A DNA stretch of 64,000 nt from Alloascoidea hylecoeti (Eukaryota), in the NCBI GenBank assembly GCA_001600815.1, contig BCKZ01000023.1, positions 62,001 to 126,000 on the forward strand, in the 5' to 3' direction. This document shows, in pieces, positions 45,502-58,688 of this stretch (positions are counted from its first letter, which is position 1; each line of letters opens with the position of its first letter). The notes under the pieces were generated by a model. That model was not told the DNA's origin. It worked only from the letters and a program-made list of their open reading frames with translations, and did no database searches. A program made the position numbers and the translations under genes.

Positions 45502-46839
45502 TGGTAGCGGCGCGGTCACGAGAGACAGGTTCGAGTCCGCCGTAGGACGATAGTTTACATCAGTCTAGTTGAGGCTTAGTAGGGTAACGCATAAATGGCC
45601 CGAAAGTAAAATGTCCGAGTCAGTCTGCAAGAAGTCCGAAACCCGAAAGATCACGGGCGTGAGCAGATATGGCGATTAGTAAAGTGACCTGCCTAAGGTT
45701 GGGGGGTGTGTTGGATATATTACACTCTTAGAACAGTTCACTAAAGAGTCGATTGGCTTTTTGGCGCAACTGGGAGAACAGGCACTTTGAACTAACACAA
45801 ATCCCTTAAGGAAGTTCTACCGACTTTGTTGTTGAATTTGGCGCTGCACTAGAAGAGTTGTTGGAATTTTTATTTATGGTGACCGCACAGTTGAAGCTGT
45901 AATAATATATATATTAACCCTTCTGCTTCAGCAAGACCATTCTACTCAAATTCAAATTTTAGTTGACTTAGCTATTTGAAAATGTTTCCTAGAATTAGGA
46001 TTACGTATAATCTCACTTAGCAGAATTATATTCTATGTATATTTAAACAAAAGGGTATCTTTTCTGTATGGGTGCCAAAAAAATATGACCAACTCGCCTG
46101 TATATATCACAATAATTACGTTAGTTTATTAAGGAATAAGAAAATTCAATATACTTTTGATTTTTTAAAACTAGTAGAATAATCGAAAGTTCTTAAACGT
46201 TCATTAAGTGTAAGCCAGTAACACAAGAATTCCAGATGACGCCAACTTTAGTCCTTCAAGTGGCCGCAATTAAGTGAAATGGTACCAACGGCATTGAGAT
46301 AGCTTCCATAGGTCTGTTGTATTAAATATCTGTAACCGTTAATTACATGTAACTCCACCACTGGTACCAGTCATTGCAATTGGCTTGCAATTGCCTCTAT
46401 TAGATAAATACACAATATTCATAAAAACTTAAGATTGATAATAGTATATGTAGCTGTTTGTACAAATATGATTTGGTTATGAGTGTTAGGTCTATATGAT
46501 ATAATAAATAGCAAATGCTATTTCTGCTTAGTATTCGCCACCAGCGTGATATACCTATTAATGTTACTTGTAAATTTCAGATATATTGAATTAACTTATT
46601 CATAGTGCTTCACAATCATCGGTTATTAAGATAATGAAACAAGATCAGTAAATAATGTTTATTAATTCTTTATAATATTGTTGAATTTTGTTGAAGAATT
46701 TAAGCTGATCAAGTTATAATAATCATCATCAATTTCATAATGGTTTCAACATATACAGATCATATTATTGTAGAAAGAAAAAAAGATTTCAAAAATAAAA
46801 GTTGAAAATTGTTAAATTTAACATCTCTAATTCAAAACG

Positions 46840-47556
46840 TTTTAAGTGCAACCCATCAAACTTACAATATCTCGTGGATCAATTTTTTCTGATCTTAAAA
46901 GAATGAAATCACTGGTTTAGAAACTGTATTTATTTATTAACAAAATTAATGACCAATGAATGTTATATTAATTTCAATGGTATTAATAATGAATAATCAA
47001 CTAATTCATGGCAAGTAAATATTATGGTTTAACGGAAATAAATTGTACTCATATATATGGTATACACTGGATTGGAATAATATGCTTAAATATGATCATA
47101 GTTGGTGTCAATTGTAAGAAATATATAACTTTCCTATTGTCAAACTCCTTATTTTTAAAAGAAAAGGTTAATTTGGTTTAATTTTATGAAGAAATATAGC
47201 ATATTAAAAGATCGAATGTTGTTATTTTAACAAAACTTTTCTTTCCCATAGATCCCAGTTAATTAACGTTAGAAATATTAGATTTAGTACAAAAGGTACA
47301 ATTGGAAGAGAGGTTCTTAAATCACTATGGATTATCAAGAAAGCATATTATGGACGGTGTTGATGACTCGGTTACAAGATTAGGCACCTATATTGACGTT
47401 CTCCAATTCATAGATTTGATCCTTCAACACAAAAAGAAGAAACAATGAAAGCTCTCGATGATGTTGTTAAAAGTGGAAACGTTAAATATATCGGGGCCTT
47501 ATCAGTCGATGAAGAAATTGAATATTAGGAAGAACCATATGTTCCACAGCCTCCGA
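46840..47556 (+). pseudogene. Aldo-keto reductase (aryl-alcohol dehydrogenase/YPL088W-like) pseudogene with a large internal deletion
   Basis: [42 protein letters not shown](frameshift)[31 protein letters not shown] joined directly to C-terminal EEIEY*EEPYVPQP; 5' boundary approximate. Confidence 0.88.
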
Positions 47557-48308
47557 AGAGTTTCTACTTTTTTTATACATTAATTATACCTTTAAATGTT
47601 ATAACTACATGCACCGTGAAATATTAACGCTAGACTATATATATATATATATATACAATTTTCTATGTAATCAAGAAAACCCTACCTAATGATGAGCTTG
47701 GTCCTTAGAACGGTATAAAGGAAACTGATGAAGTTTCCCGCAAGTATATGCTAGAATCAATCAAGTAAAAATGCACTAAGTAGTAAATACTATTTATTAT
47801 GAAAATATCAGATGCTGCTGTTATAGGACTTCACTTCTTACTCATTCATTTTACATTCCTTTCTTATAATTATTATTAATTTAAACATTGGGGGGTAAAG
47901 AATCCCCTTAAATTTTTGAGCAATATCAGTACGTAATACTACTTCGTACCCACAAATATTAGCATTGTAACCGTATCAACTAGCGGTAAAGGAATATCGT
48001 TATTTCTTGAGTTTGCAACTTAGAATTGTCATGATATGTGATACGAGTAAAGCAGAAATTTGAATCCTCACAAAATGAAATCTTCAGTCTTTATCTCATT
48101 GTCGTAGGAAATCATAGAGCTATAAGATACAATCTCTATCAGCAATCTAAAACACAATGGTAGTCAGCTCCACCCATTTACAGTCTCGATATATAATAAA
48201 CACAAATATATCGTGAACATTAGCTTCAATTATAAGCCTATAATTAACATATAGCTCTAGATACTATTTAAACTTATAAGATTCCTTGAGAAAGTACATC
48301 ACATATAT

Positions 48309-49061
48309 TTAAGTATTGAAATATGCAATAACATAAGCAGAAATAAGAGAGAATTTAAAACTTGGTTGTTCAAAGAACAATCTTCTAGCATCAATTTTCT
48401 TAGCACCAATTGTTATAATTTTTGTAAAAGGAATTCTAATAATGCCACGACTTGCTAAAAATTGTAAGATCAAATAAGTAGACAAAGAAGCAAAATACAA
48501 GATACCACTTAGCTTTGCAGTTGAAATACCTAAAAACAAGCCTAAAAAGCTACCATAAGTCAATTGTTCATAATTTAATTTACCATTAAATCTGGTTTTC
48601 GATGTTGATTTAATTGTCGACTGCTCTTGTGTAAATGCATCTTTGGCTTCATTAACTGCTTCACCTAATGTTCCAAGCCCATAGTCATAATTGGAAAGAG
48701 CCTGCGTTTCATTCTTAACTATGGACTCTTTTTTAAGAAGAACTGACATTCCAATTGCTCCTAGTAGTAATCCAAATGGTAATGTGCCGGATGTGGGTCC
48801 AGTTCCAGCAGAAGTACTTAGAAGACCCTTGGGAGCATCAATGAGGGACCAATATTTCGAATTGAGGTTCGAACCATTCCTAATCAATCCATGACCAGTT
48901 AAAGTGCCAAAACTATTAACCTTAAGCTCCGGTGGTTGACGTAATTTTGTGAAGAAATTATGGTTGCTGATCCCCATGGGTTTTAAATAGCAACCTGGGG
49001 TTAATACCCCAACAGGGCCAACACGATAAATAGGTGATTTGGTACAAACGCTTTTAAACAT
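48309..49061 (-). CDS. FUN14: FUN14-family mitochondrial outer-membrane protein
   Basis: LNYEQLTYGSFLGLFLGI..KLS..LQFLASRGII pattern after a mitochondrial-type N-terminus. Confidence 0.75.
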   Translation of the reverse strand: MFKSVCTKSPIYRVGPVGVLTPGCYLKPMGISNHNFFTKLRQPPELKVNSFGTLTGHGLIRNGSNLNSKYWSLIDAPKGLLSTSAGTGPTSGTLPFGLLLGAIGMSVLLKKESIVKNETQALSNYDYGLGTLGEAVNEAKDAFTQEQSTIKSTSKTRFNGKLNYEQLTYGSFLGLFLGISTAKLSGILYFASLSTYLILQFLASRGIIRIPFTKIITIGAKKIDARRLFFEQPSFKFSLISAYVIAYFNT

Positions 49062-49452
49062 AACTGCAGTAGTACTATATTAGCTTATGAAATTTTTTAA
49101 AAGTAACTAAATATATATTCCAATTGATATATATTATGAAGAATATCGATTAAAAGTTCAAGTTTTAAAAAAAGGAAATTGTGTGATGTAAACTACACAA
49201 CAAAAAACAATGGGAATACATGCATATTATTCAACTGGAGATAATTTAACCTAATTAATAAGCCAATTGCAAATTCAAGTTAACAAAACCCTTTTTGTAC
49301 TCTACAATCATTACTAGCTTTGTGGAACTTAATATATATTGCACAAATAAATAAGCGGATGCTCATTCTATTATTACGTATATAAAGTGATCAATCATAA
49401 ATGTTTATAAAACTCTAATAATATATAATCATTAAAAGACACATTTTTCAGC

Positions 49453-52255
49453 TTATAACTTATCATAATATTCCTCATAACCAGGAACTTCAAGCTTCAT
49501 TCCATGACGTTTACGAGCTTCCAATACAATAGTACCAGGCTTCGTGGTTGGATCAGATGGATCACCAGTCATTGTTTGCCAATGATCAAACACCATTTGT
49601 GGGAAAGCTTGACCTGAAGTTGCCTGTCTTAATTCACCAGTAAAACCAAACGACTCGTTAACAGGTAAATAAGCTTTGACAGTAAACAGTGGAGTACCAG
49701 GTCTCTGTTCTTCTGAGATAACTTGACCTCTCTTTTTATTCAAAACGGAATAAATACCACCAATTGCATTTTCAGGACATTGAACTTCAATCAAAAAGAC
49801 TGGCTCTTGAATCTTTGGCTCGGCCAATAAAACAGCAGCATAAGTTGCTTTTCTAAAAGTTGGGATAATTTGACCACCACCTCTGTGAATTGCATCAGAA
49901 TGTAAAGTAACATCTAAAATATTAATTCTGATGGATCTCATATTTTCACCGAAGATTGGACCTTCTCTTGTTGCCCATTGGAAAGCTGCAACACAAGAAT
50001 CTTTAATTTCGTGTAAATATTGAACAGCCTTTGTTTGATCAACAACTAAATTGGGACCAACACCATCTGGACCAAAACACCAAATTCTTCTACCATCTGT
50101 AACATTCCATTCATATTTATCAGCTAAAATTCTTGCTCTTGTCTTAAAATCATCCCGGGCACTAACTTCACCACCTTCAATTGCAAGTGAAACCTCTTCG
50201 CTTAATGGTAGGGCTCTAACAAATATACGATTATGTTTGTTTGGTGATTTGGATAACGCAGTAATTCTCGATTCAGTTTCAACAGTTTCTCTATATGAAA
50301 CGACAGCTTGAGAAATTCTTAATGGTACATTTGCATGTTCTTCTTCTAAATCTTTCAAACAAATTTCTAAATGTAGCTCACCGGACCCTGCAACAATATG
50401 TTCACCAGATTCAGATAAGGAGCATACAACACATGGATCTGATTTTGACAATCTTTTCAAACCTTCAACCAATTTTGGTAAATCATTTGCATTCTTAACT
50501 TCAACAGCAACTTGAACGACAGGTGACACAGAAAACTTCATAACCTTTAAATTATGAGCGGTTTCAAACGTTGTTAAAGTACCTGATTTTAGTAAGAATT
50601 GATCAACACCAACCAAACCAACAATATTTCCAGCCGGACATTCATTAATTGGTTCAACGGATCTACCCATCATCAAAACAGTCCTTTGAATTGCTTTAAC
50701 AAACAAATCTTCCTTTTTACCAGGTACATAATTAGGACCTTGGATTCTAACCTTTTGACCTGCTTTAACAGTACCAGCAAAGACACGACCAAAGGCATAG
50801 AAACGACCTTTATCAGAGGTTGGAACCATCTTTGATACATATAACATTAGTTCTGATTTAGGATCACAATCCCTAATTGCGATACAAGCTGGATCATCAG
50901 CTGGACCTTCATACAAAGTCGCAGCTCTATATTTTTGAGCAGTAACGGGAGAAGGTAAATGAACAACGATCATTTCCAATAAAGCGTCAGCAGCAGGTAG
51001 GAATTTCCTCATAACACATTTTAGTAAAGCTTTACCTTCCAATTCTCTTTCGTCACCTTTCAAAACAATCTCTAATTTTTCTAATAATTTTGGAATTTCA
51101 TCCTTCTTAAAATTCATAATTGCAGTTGTTAATAAAAAGATTGGCTCCAAAATAAATTGATTGAAAGATCTTTCCAATTTTTTACCGGAAGCGGTAGTAT
51201 CTTTTTTACCCCATTTTTTAGTTTTTGGATTGAAAAATACATCACCCCAAAGTCTTTCCATTAATTTTGATTTATCAACACCAAATTTCTTAGAATATCT
51301 TGTTGCAAATTGTCTAACAGTAAAGGCCCAACCCTGTAAACCGGAACCAAAGGCAACAGTACCCTTCTCAGGGTAGACTTGTACATCTCCAAGAGCTTCG
51401 TCAAAATAGGTCGAAATAATAACATTACATGATTCAACAGTACGGGAGAAGGATTGATATAAATCTTCTTTTGTTACTTGTAGTTCCAATAGAGCTCTAT
51501 CAACCTTGTTAATAATAACAACAGGTTTAATTCTTTCACCTAAAGCTTGTCTTAAGACGGTTTCGGTTTGAACGCAAACACCTTCAATTGTATCAACAAC
51601 AACTAAAGCACCATCTGTTACACGCAAAGCAGCAGTAACTTCCGATGAAAAGTCAACGTGACCAGGAGAATCGATCAAATTAATTAAGAATTTACCCCCC
51701 TTTGTTTCTTGTTTTATATCCTTCACATCTTCATCTCCCATTTCCGAGTATAATGAAATTGCAGTTGATTTAATTGTTATACCTCTTTCTTGTTCATCCT
51801 TTCTTGTATCCGTAAAACGTGCTTCTCCTGCTTTTGCAGCTGATATAATACCTGCTCTCTGGACTAAAGAATCAGTAAGAGTTGATTTACCATGATCCAC
51901 TATGAAGATTATAAAGATTAGGAAACGCAATTCAAAGAAATAAGTTAAAAACTAATAACCTACCATGGGCAATAACGGACATGTTACGGACATTTGTAAC
52001 AACGTCCATAAGCTCCCTTATTTGCTATTAAATAAAACCATGTTAGTAATCTTTACAACTAATTATACTATAAGTTATATAATTTTAAGCTTGAGATTAA
52101 GCTGTAGTTTATGATAATTACATCGATAGTAAAGTTAACTGATATTTAAAAAAAACCAAAGAAGCAATTATAAGTTAGTAATCAAATCAAACAAGGGGGA
52201 TTAATTGTAGAAATGCCATCAAACAAGAAGATCTCAAAAGTATGCACGTACCCAT
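49453..52255 (-). CDS. EFT2: Translation elongation factor 2; exons 52255-52252, 52138-52122, 52024-51964, 51899-49453
   Basis: Three GT-AG introns restore [31 protein letters not shown]; diphthamide motif [10 protein letters not shown]-terminus EYYDKL. Confidence 0.97.
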
Positions 52256-52958
52256 TGCGAATAACTATGACAGCAGCTGTAAGTAACCTCAACAAAAATA
52301 ATTGAGTAAAAAAGGTAAAGAGTGAGAGAAGAAGAAAAGAAGAGAAGTAAGCCTTTTTTAATAACTGAAGAAACAGGAGATTTACGAAATAGCTTAAGAA
52401 GGAAAGTTTGGCAATTTGTCAGTTGGTTGAGCCCTAATTATAATGAGTGTGGATGGGACATCACTATGAGTAAAGAATATGTGTTTTATTATATTTTCTG
52501 AAGAAGATCTGCCTATTAAATGATCGAAATCACACAACTCTGCTTGAAGCGCCCGTATTATATAATAGTGTTCAAGAAGGAGGTGTGATAAATCTCACCT
52601 GATCCGGTAATTCATATGCACTGTACCCCACATTAGGAAATTTTCATGATGTGATTTGACTACGTAACTTAGTTACAACCGGAAGCCATCCGGGGAACAG
52701 TTTCTCAACCTTGGTCAGGAGATGCTACTTATGATTGGTGAACAGTGAAGAGTGCTAATGTAGATCGATCTATATAGCTAGAAACAAAAATAGATCATTT
52801 AATTATTAGATTCAATGTTTCATGGACAGAACTCCGACAAAATCAATTTAAAACATAAATTTATACTGTATGATTTATGATTCATGATACAATAATTAAA
52901 ATTAATACGAATAGTAATAAAATGCTATTAGTTTTCATTTATTTATTTGTTACAGTTA

Positions 52959-54294
52959 TTATTTTTTCAGAATAGTAACGACATCTTCATCCTTCAAAAC
53001 ATGAGATAAACCAACATATTGAGGTTGATGTTTAACACTACTACCATAAACCAAAGCCGATTTGAAGTCAGTCAACAACGATTTATGGATTTGATTGACA
53101 AAATCTTCAACTGTTGATCTATTTGTTCTCAAAACAATTGGCTCATTATAATCAGGCATCCTACCTTTTGGTTTTGTATAAACTCTTACTAAGTTCAATT
53201 TTTCCCACATGTACTCTAATAAATCATCAAGGTTCCATCCATTTTCTGAAGAAATCGGCACTGCATTTGGGATTCGACTTAATAAATCCAATTCTTCAAT
53301 TGATATTGAATCAATTTTATTTAAGACATAAATAACAGGAATATAACGTCGATTTTGAGCTTCCAAAACATCAATTAAATCATCGACCGTGGCATCGCAT
53401 CTAAAAGCTATTTCAGCTGAAGATATTCGAAATTCACCCATAACAGCCTTAATCTCGTCACTATCTAAATGTGTCAATGGTACTGTATTTGTAATGCTTA
53501 TACCACCTCTTTCTTTCCTTCGAAATACTATGTTTGGAGGTTCTTTATTGATTCTAATGCCAAAACCTTCCAGCTCCTTTTCAATAATCTGTTTATGAGT
53601 TAATGGTTTATTAACATCAAGAACAATAAATATTAAGTTACAGGTTCTTGCAACAGCAATAACTTGTTTACCTCTACCTTTACCATCTTTTGCTCCTTCA
53701 ATAATACCAGGTAAATCTAACATTTGAATCTTAGCACCTTTGTATTTAATAACTCCCGGAACAGTTGTTAGGGTTGTGAATTCGTATGCTGCTGCTTCTG
53801 AATGAGTTCCAGTTACTTTGCTTAATAATGTACTTTTTCCAACGGATGGGAATCCAATAAATCCAACACTTGCTTCCCCTGTTCTTGCGACATCGAATCC
53901 AACTAATAAAAAACGTTAGTACTTTAGCTAAATTAGCGTAAATCGATGTAGATCTACACATACCACCACCACCTCCTCCACTTCCCTGTGTAGGAGCTAA
54001 CAATTCCCTTTTCAGTTTAGCTAATTTTGCTTTCAATTGACCTAAATGGAAACTTGTTGCTTTATTTTTTTGAGTACGAGCCATTTCGGTCTCGATCTAT
54101 ATTTTGATAAAAAATGTTAAACAAACCGCTTTTTCGACTCTTCTATTCATGACATATAAGTGACTTTCACTTGATATCATTAAATTTTGCTTACCTCTTT
54201 GATCTAAAAAATATTCATTATTAGTATTAATTGATTTTCAATGATCGATATTGATAAATTAAAAAGTACATACCTTATCAACAGTAGTAGCCAT
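52959..54294 (-). CDS. RBG1: DRG-family ribosome-binding GTPase; exons 54294-54274, 54203-54195, 54096-53964, 53902-52959
   Basis: Splicing gives [67 protein letters not shown] domain. Confidence 0.95.
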
Positions 54295-54435
54295 TTTTTC
54301 GCCTCTTCAGTTATATATTAATTTTTATTTATCTGTTTAAATTAAAGATCTTTTTGTTCTTGGAATTGTCCCTGTCATACAACCTGTCTTTGTTGAATAA
54401 CGATTAAATGAGATCATCGTTAATTATAAAAAATC

Positions 54436-54467
54436 AAATTTTTTCAAGATGTTTTAAGGCCGGGTAA
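54436..54467. promoter_or_regulatory. RRPE-like (AAATTTTTTCA) and Reb1-type (CCGGGTAA) sites upstream of RBG1
   Basis: Both motifs lie within 180 bp of the ATG of a translation/ribosome-associated gene. Confidence 0.45.
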
Positions 54468-55859
54468 TTTGTTGAATAATTCAGTGATTACACTTAGTTT
54501 AGGCCACTTTTGGAAGTAGATACATTGTATTCGTCTATCTATCCTCTGATTATTTTTATAATTTATAATCTAGTAAGTAGAACCTATGGTTATATTATAT
54601 AAGTGTTTGGCTTGGGTCTATAGTTTAGAAGCGTTTAATTAGTGATGGAGTGACCGATAATCATTCATCAAAAGGAGGGCGAACAGCTAATATAGAAATT
54701 GGCCTAAATTAGGCGGAAATACTGTATAAGATTATGATTGAAGACTTGTACCAAGAGAATATTTGGATATTGGATGGCCCAATTGAGATTAACACATTGG
54801 TCCAAGACTACAGGAAGGTTTTGGTTTTATAGAACTGGCAAATCTACAGAACAACATTCAATAATTAATAGACTACTTAAAAGGTTACAGTTACTGTTAA
54901 CTAGTTACTGTTAGATGTGCAGTTACATCCCGCCCCTGATCCGTAAATGTCAAAATTTACTTTCTAGGTACTGCGGTTGCTTTTCTGTAACTGTATAATA
55001 GTTTCCCATCCTATGCCCTGCATAAGTCCTTATTTTTTATTTTATTTTCAAATGATGAACTTCGTGATCATGATAATGCTTTCAGAGCACTTCACAAAAA
55101 TATAGATATTTCGTTATTCATTAATAGTTATAATGAACTAGTTTAATTTATTCATACATATTTAACGTCAGCTATTGCTATCGGGTTATAGGTATGGGCT
55201 TTCTTGAACATTTCATCAATGAAATACAGTCCATGTTATATGCTGACCTTGAAGTTTAGGTGTTCCAATTTTAAGATTTTGCCATGGTACTTAATTGTAT
55301 GGCTTACTGGCAACTGAGTTGCCTCAAGCAATAATAGATGGTATGCCCATGCTTCAAAAGACTCCAGTGGCTTTCCTTTAAAGGAGTTGATAATATTCCG
55401 TTTGGATGTCGCACAGGGATAAATTAAATTTTATGAAGAAATTTATGTTTATATAATGGTTTTCATTATATTTTGTATTTATTATCATCATTAGTATTCT
55501 TCTTTCAGAATTTGATCGAATTGATTGTTATTATATACGAAGAAAAAAAAAATTAAATTTAAAAGTTACAAGTATCATTTAATATTTGTTTCTTGTTACT
55601 ACCTATAAACCATAGGTTACTAACATAATTAAGTAAGTGAAAATGATAAATATAAAGATTTACAAAGATATAATTTGGTAAAGTATAATAAATTATTTTG
55701 AAATAACTGTTTCCACAACGCTTAATTGACTATCCATTAGATTAGGATTATAACAATAAATCTGAGTTTGAATTTGATCGAATGGAATCAAGAATTGATC
55801 CGATACTTTGTGTTTTAACGGGCTCTAACTTAATACGCTATATGATATTTCATTCAATG

Positions 55860-56210
55860 CATCTATATACGTATTAGCGCCCTTAATGCCATGAGCGGCT
55901 CAATATTACTAGTAACACTCTTTACAATATAGTAAGATCACTTTTCCAATTTCAGTCCATACGAAAAGACTCACAGACCCAGATATCCTTATATTATACG
56001 CATTTTAAGGTTCAAAGTCTTGGTTTGGCTGACATTCAATTTATAAAGTATATTATACTTTCCTGAAATCGGATTTTGTAGCCATCAAACATTCGTTATA
56101 ATACTGAATACAACACCATCCCAAAATGTCATGAGACCATATCTTTGGTTCTTTTGTTCTTCACATTCAGAAAAGGTCTTTTACATGCCGAGTATATTCC
56201 ATATTCATTT
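55860..56210 (-). mobile_element. Second, more decayed Tc1/mariner transposase fragment
   Basis: Shares TTACATGCCGAnnATATTCCATATT with 45154-45178; translates YGIYSACKRPFLNVKNKR..TFWDGVVFS..GSVSLFVW. Confidence 0.6.
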
Positions 56211-56639
56211 TTAGAAGGGTCCCTAGCGTGGGTTTTTGGGGACCCTAAATAGAGAAAAACGCAAGTTTAATCTTGACTCGCCTGGTGGTAGGCCATCCAA
56301 TTCAATCAAACTCAAAGTAAAACTGCAAGTTGATCAAACCATAGAACTAAGGATGAATATAGTGTTGAATCACCATTTAATATTTACACTATAAGTTCAA
56401 TTTGGATTATAGAGAGAAGTTTCCGAGACTCAAAAAATATAGCCATTCCAGTTAATCTCGGCCACAAGGAAGACTAAATAATAGACCATAATGAGTACTT
56501 ATTTTCGACTACCTCTTAAATTCTGGTGTTTCTCTATTTGTCATACTGTGAATTAATAGCCAAGGTGCGGCCGAATATTTGGTCAACATGTGGCCGAAAT
56601 TAAGTGTAATTAATCTACTTTTATCATAATCAAACTATT

Positions 56640-58688
56640 AATCATCAATACAGGGTTTGCATGTTTTAATGATCAGATCAGTGTACATCTGATGAGTTCA
56701 ACAAATGATGATTCTTTATGATACTCATATCTGAAGTTATTTAATTGAGTTTTCTTGGTTCGTTTCACAACATAAAATATGTAATGCTTTATTGTTATGG
56801 TGAAATATCAAGGATCATTAGTTAATCAAGTGATGTATTGATAATATCAAGCCTTTAAGGTTATCTATTCTTCATGATCAGTATTATTTCCGTAGGCATA
56901 AATATTGGTTTCAAGTTATAATTATAAGTTCTCATGTTTGGAGAAATTTTGGTACAGTAATTGAGATTGCTTAATATCTTTATTGGATTTTTTTTCAATT
57001 GTTGCATTGTTATTAACTTTGAAAAAGAGCTGAAACTGAAATTTTCTCATGGGAAAATTAAATCTGATAAAGATAGTAATAGAAAATTACTTGATGATAT
57101 TCGAGGGAACTGTATCTCAAAACACTGTATAACTACTGATTTTATGGACGAATCTGGTGCTGGAAAAAGAATATTATTAAATATTTGATCACAAAGAATT
57201 GATTTTGCTACTACTGGTGGCATTTTGATAACTCATTTCAAAGAAGAACTGGTCATCCTCAGAATCAGTTAAAATATTGGAGCCTGTTGATTCAGTGCTC
57301 TAGTCTGAATCATGCACATGTTGCGTTTGTGATTTGTTCCAATTCATATAGAGAGAACAAGTAAATAGTAATGTTTGATATAAAAACAAGAAAAATAGAT
57401 CTGAGTATATGAGTAATGTTCAAAGGATGGCGAAAAAGGAAAAATACACTTAGTTAAAATGGATATAATCCTTGGTTTTTATTTTGTACACTTTCCTATG
57501 TAATACACACTTTACAATAATATGATACCATTTAATTTTGATCAGTTAAAGTAATATAATTTTAAAATTATTAAAAGTATAATAAGTTGAAAAGAAGCGT
57601 AAGTTGTTACACTTTTTAAGGCTACTTTTTAAGGGGGCTAAATATTCAAATCCAAATTAATTAATAAACTAAGTTTCAAGTACAAGAAATTGTTAGATAT
57701 GTATATATTATATATGAATTTAACATACATTATATTTAACGACTACTTATTTCTAGCTATCATATTAAATTCATTTACAGCTTAATTAAGGATAAATAAG
57801 TTTATTAAGATTTTATTCCTTCAACCACAATTCTAATTACAGAATATAAGAAAGTTAACATTGAATTGAGAAAAAAATGGGTTTGATTTGCAACCAGCTA
57901 ATTGCGATTGCCAAATTCACAAATTGATATTATAAATTTTAAATTTAACGAAATACTTTGTAGTTTCTAGCTTAGCAGAAACCACCATAGATATTAGAAA
58001 AACAGTTTAAACAGAAATTGTAAAAAGATATCCAGTATACGGAAAATTTATATTCATTATAAATAGATGGAGTTTTGGTTAAATAGTCAAGTTTATTTTT
58101 CTTAATTATATATTTAACATTACTGTTTACTTGTTCTTTCTAATTATAAATTGTAACAAATCACAACACAATACATGCACTGAACTATTAAAGCCTAGAT
58201 GATTCAGACTAAAGAATTGAATCAACAGGGTTAAATATGACAATTAATACGAAGGATAACCAGTTCTTCTTTGAAATGAGTTAGCAACATAGACACTGAA
58301 TATTAGAAGCAGATAGATTTTTCACTAATAGGGAAAATCTCTTATAAACTTTATAGTTTAAAATATATACCGGTATACCATATATAATAATTATCCGATA
58401 CAACAGTTGAGCCAATATTTATGCCTACCACAGTACGAAAATAATACTGATCATGAAGAATAGATAACCTTAGAGGCTTGATATTATCAATACATCACTT
58501 GATTAACTAATGATCCTTGATATTTCACCATAACAATAAAGCATTACATATTTTATGTTGTGAAACGAACCAAGAAAACTCAATTAAATAACTTCAGATA
58601 TGAGTATCATAAAGAATCATCATTTGTTGAACTCATCAGATGTACACTGATCTGATCATTAAAAAATGCAAACCCTGTATTGATGATT
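56640..58688. repeat. Near-perfect ~270-bp inverted repeat (arms 56640-56908 and 58412-58688) with diverged outer extensions
   Basis: Arms are reverse complements with about three substitutions and one short indel; weaker homology at 56562-56622 vs 58726-58786 and about 56390-56440 vs 58813-58865. Confidence 0.95.
56910..57275 (+). pseudogene. PDR/SNQ2-type ABC transporter fragment (PDR_CDR region and start of NBD2)
   Basis: SYNYK..HVWRNFG, EIFSWEN, RKLLDDIRGNC..TDFMDESGAGKRILLNI*SQR..QRRTG (for ALMGESGAGKTTLLNTLAQR..FQRRTGY). Confidence 0.8.

Noticed and set aside
45503..45545. GGTTCGAGTCC B-box/T-loop-like word suggesting a tRNA
   Set aside because: T-stem does not pair and spacing from the TGGTAG D-loop-like word is too short for a cloverleaf
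55160..55430. Possible minus-strand coding remnant
   Set aside because: No identifiable motif; cannot be tied to the adjacent Tc1 relic with confidence
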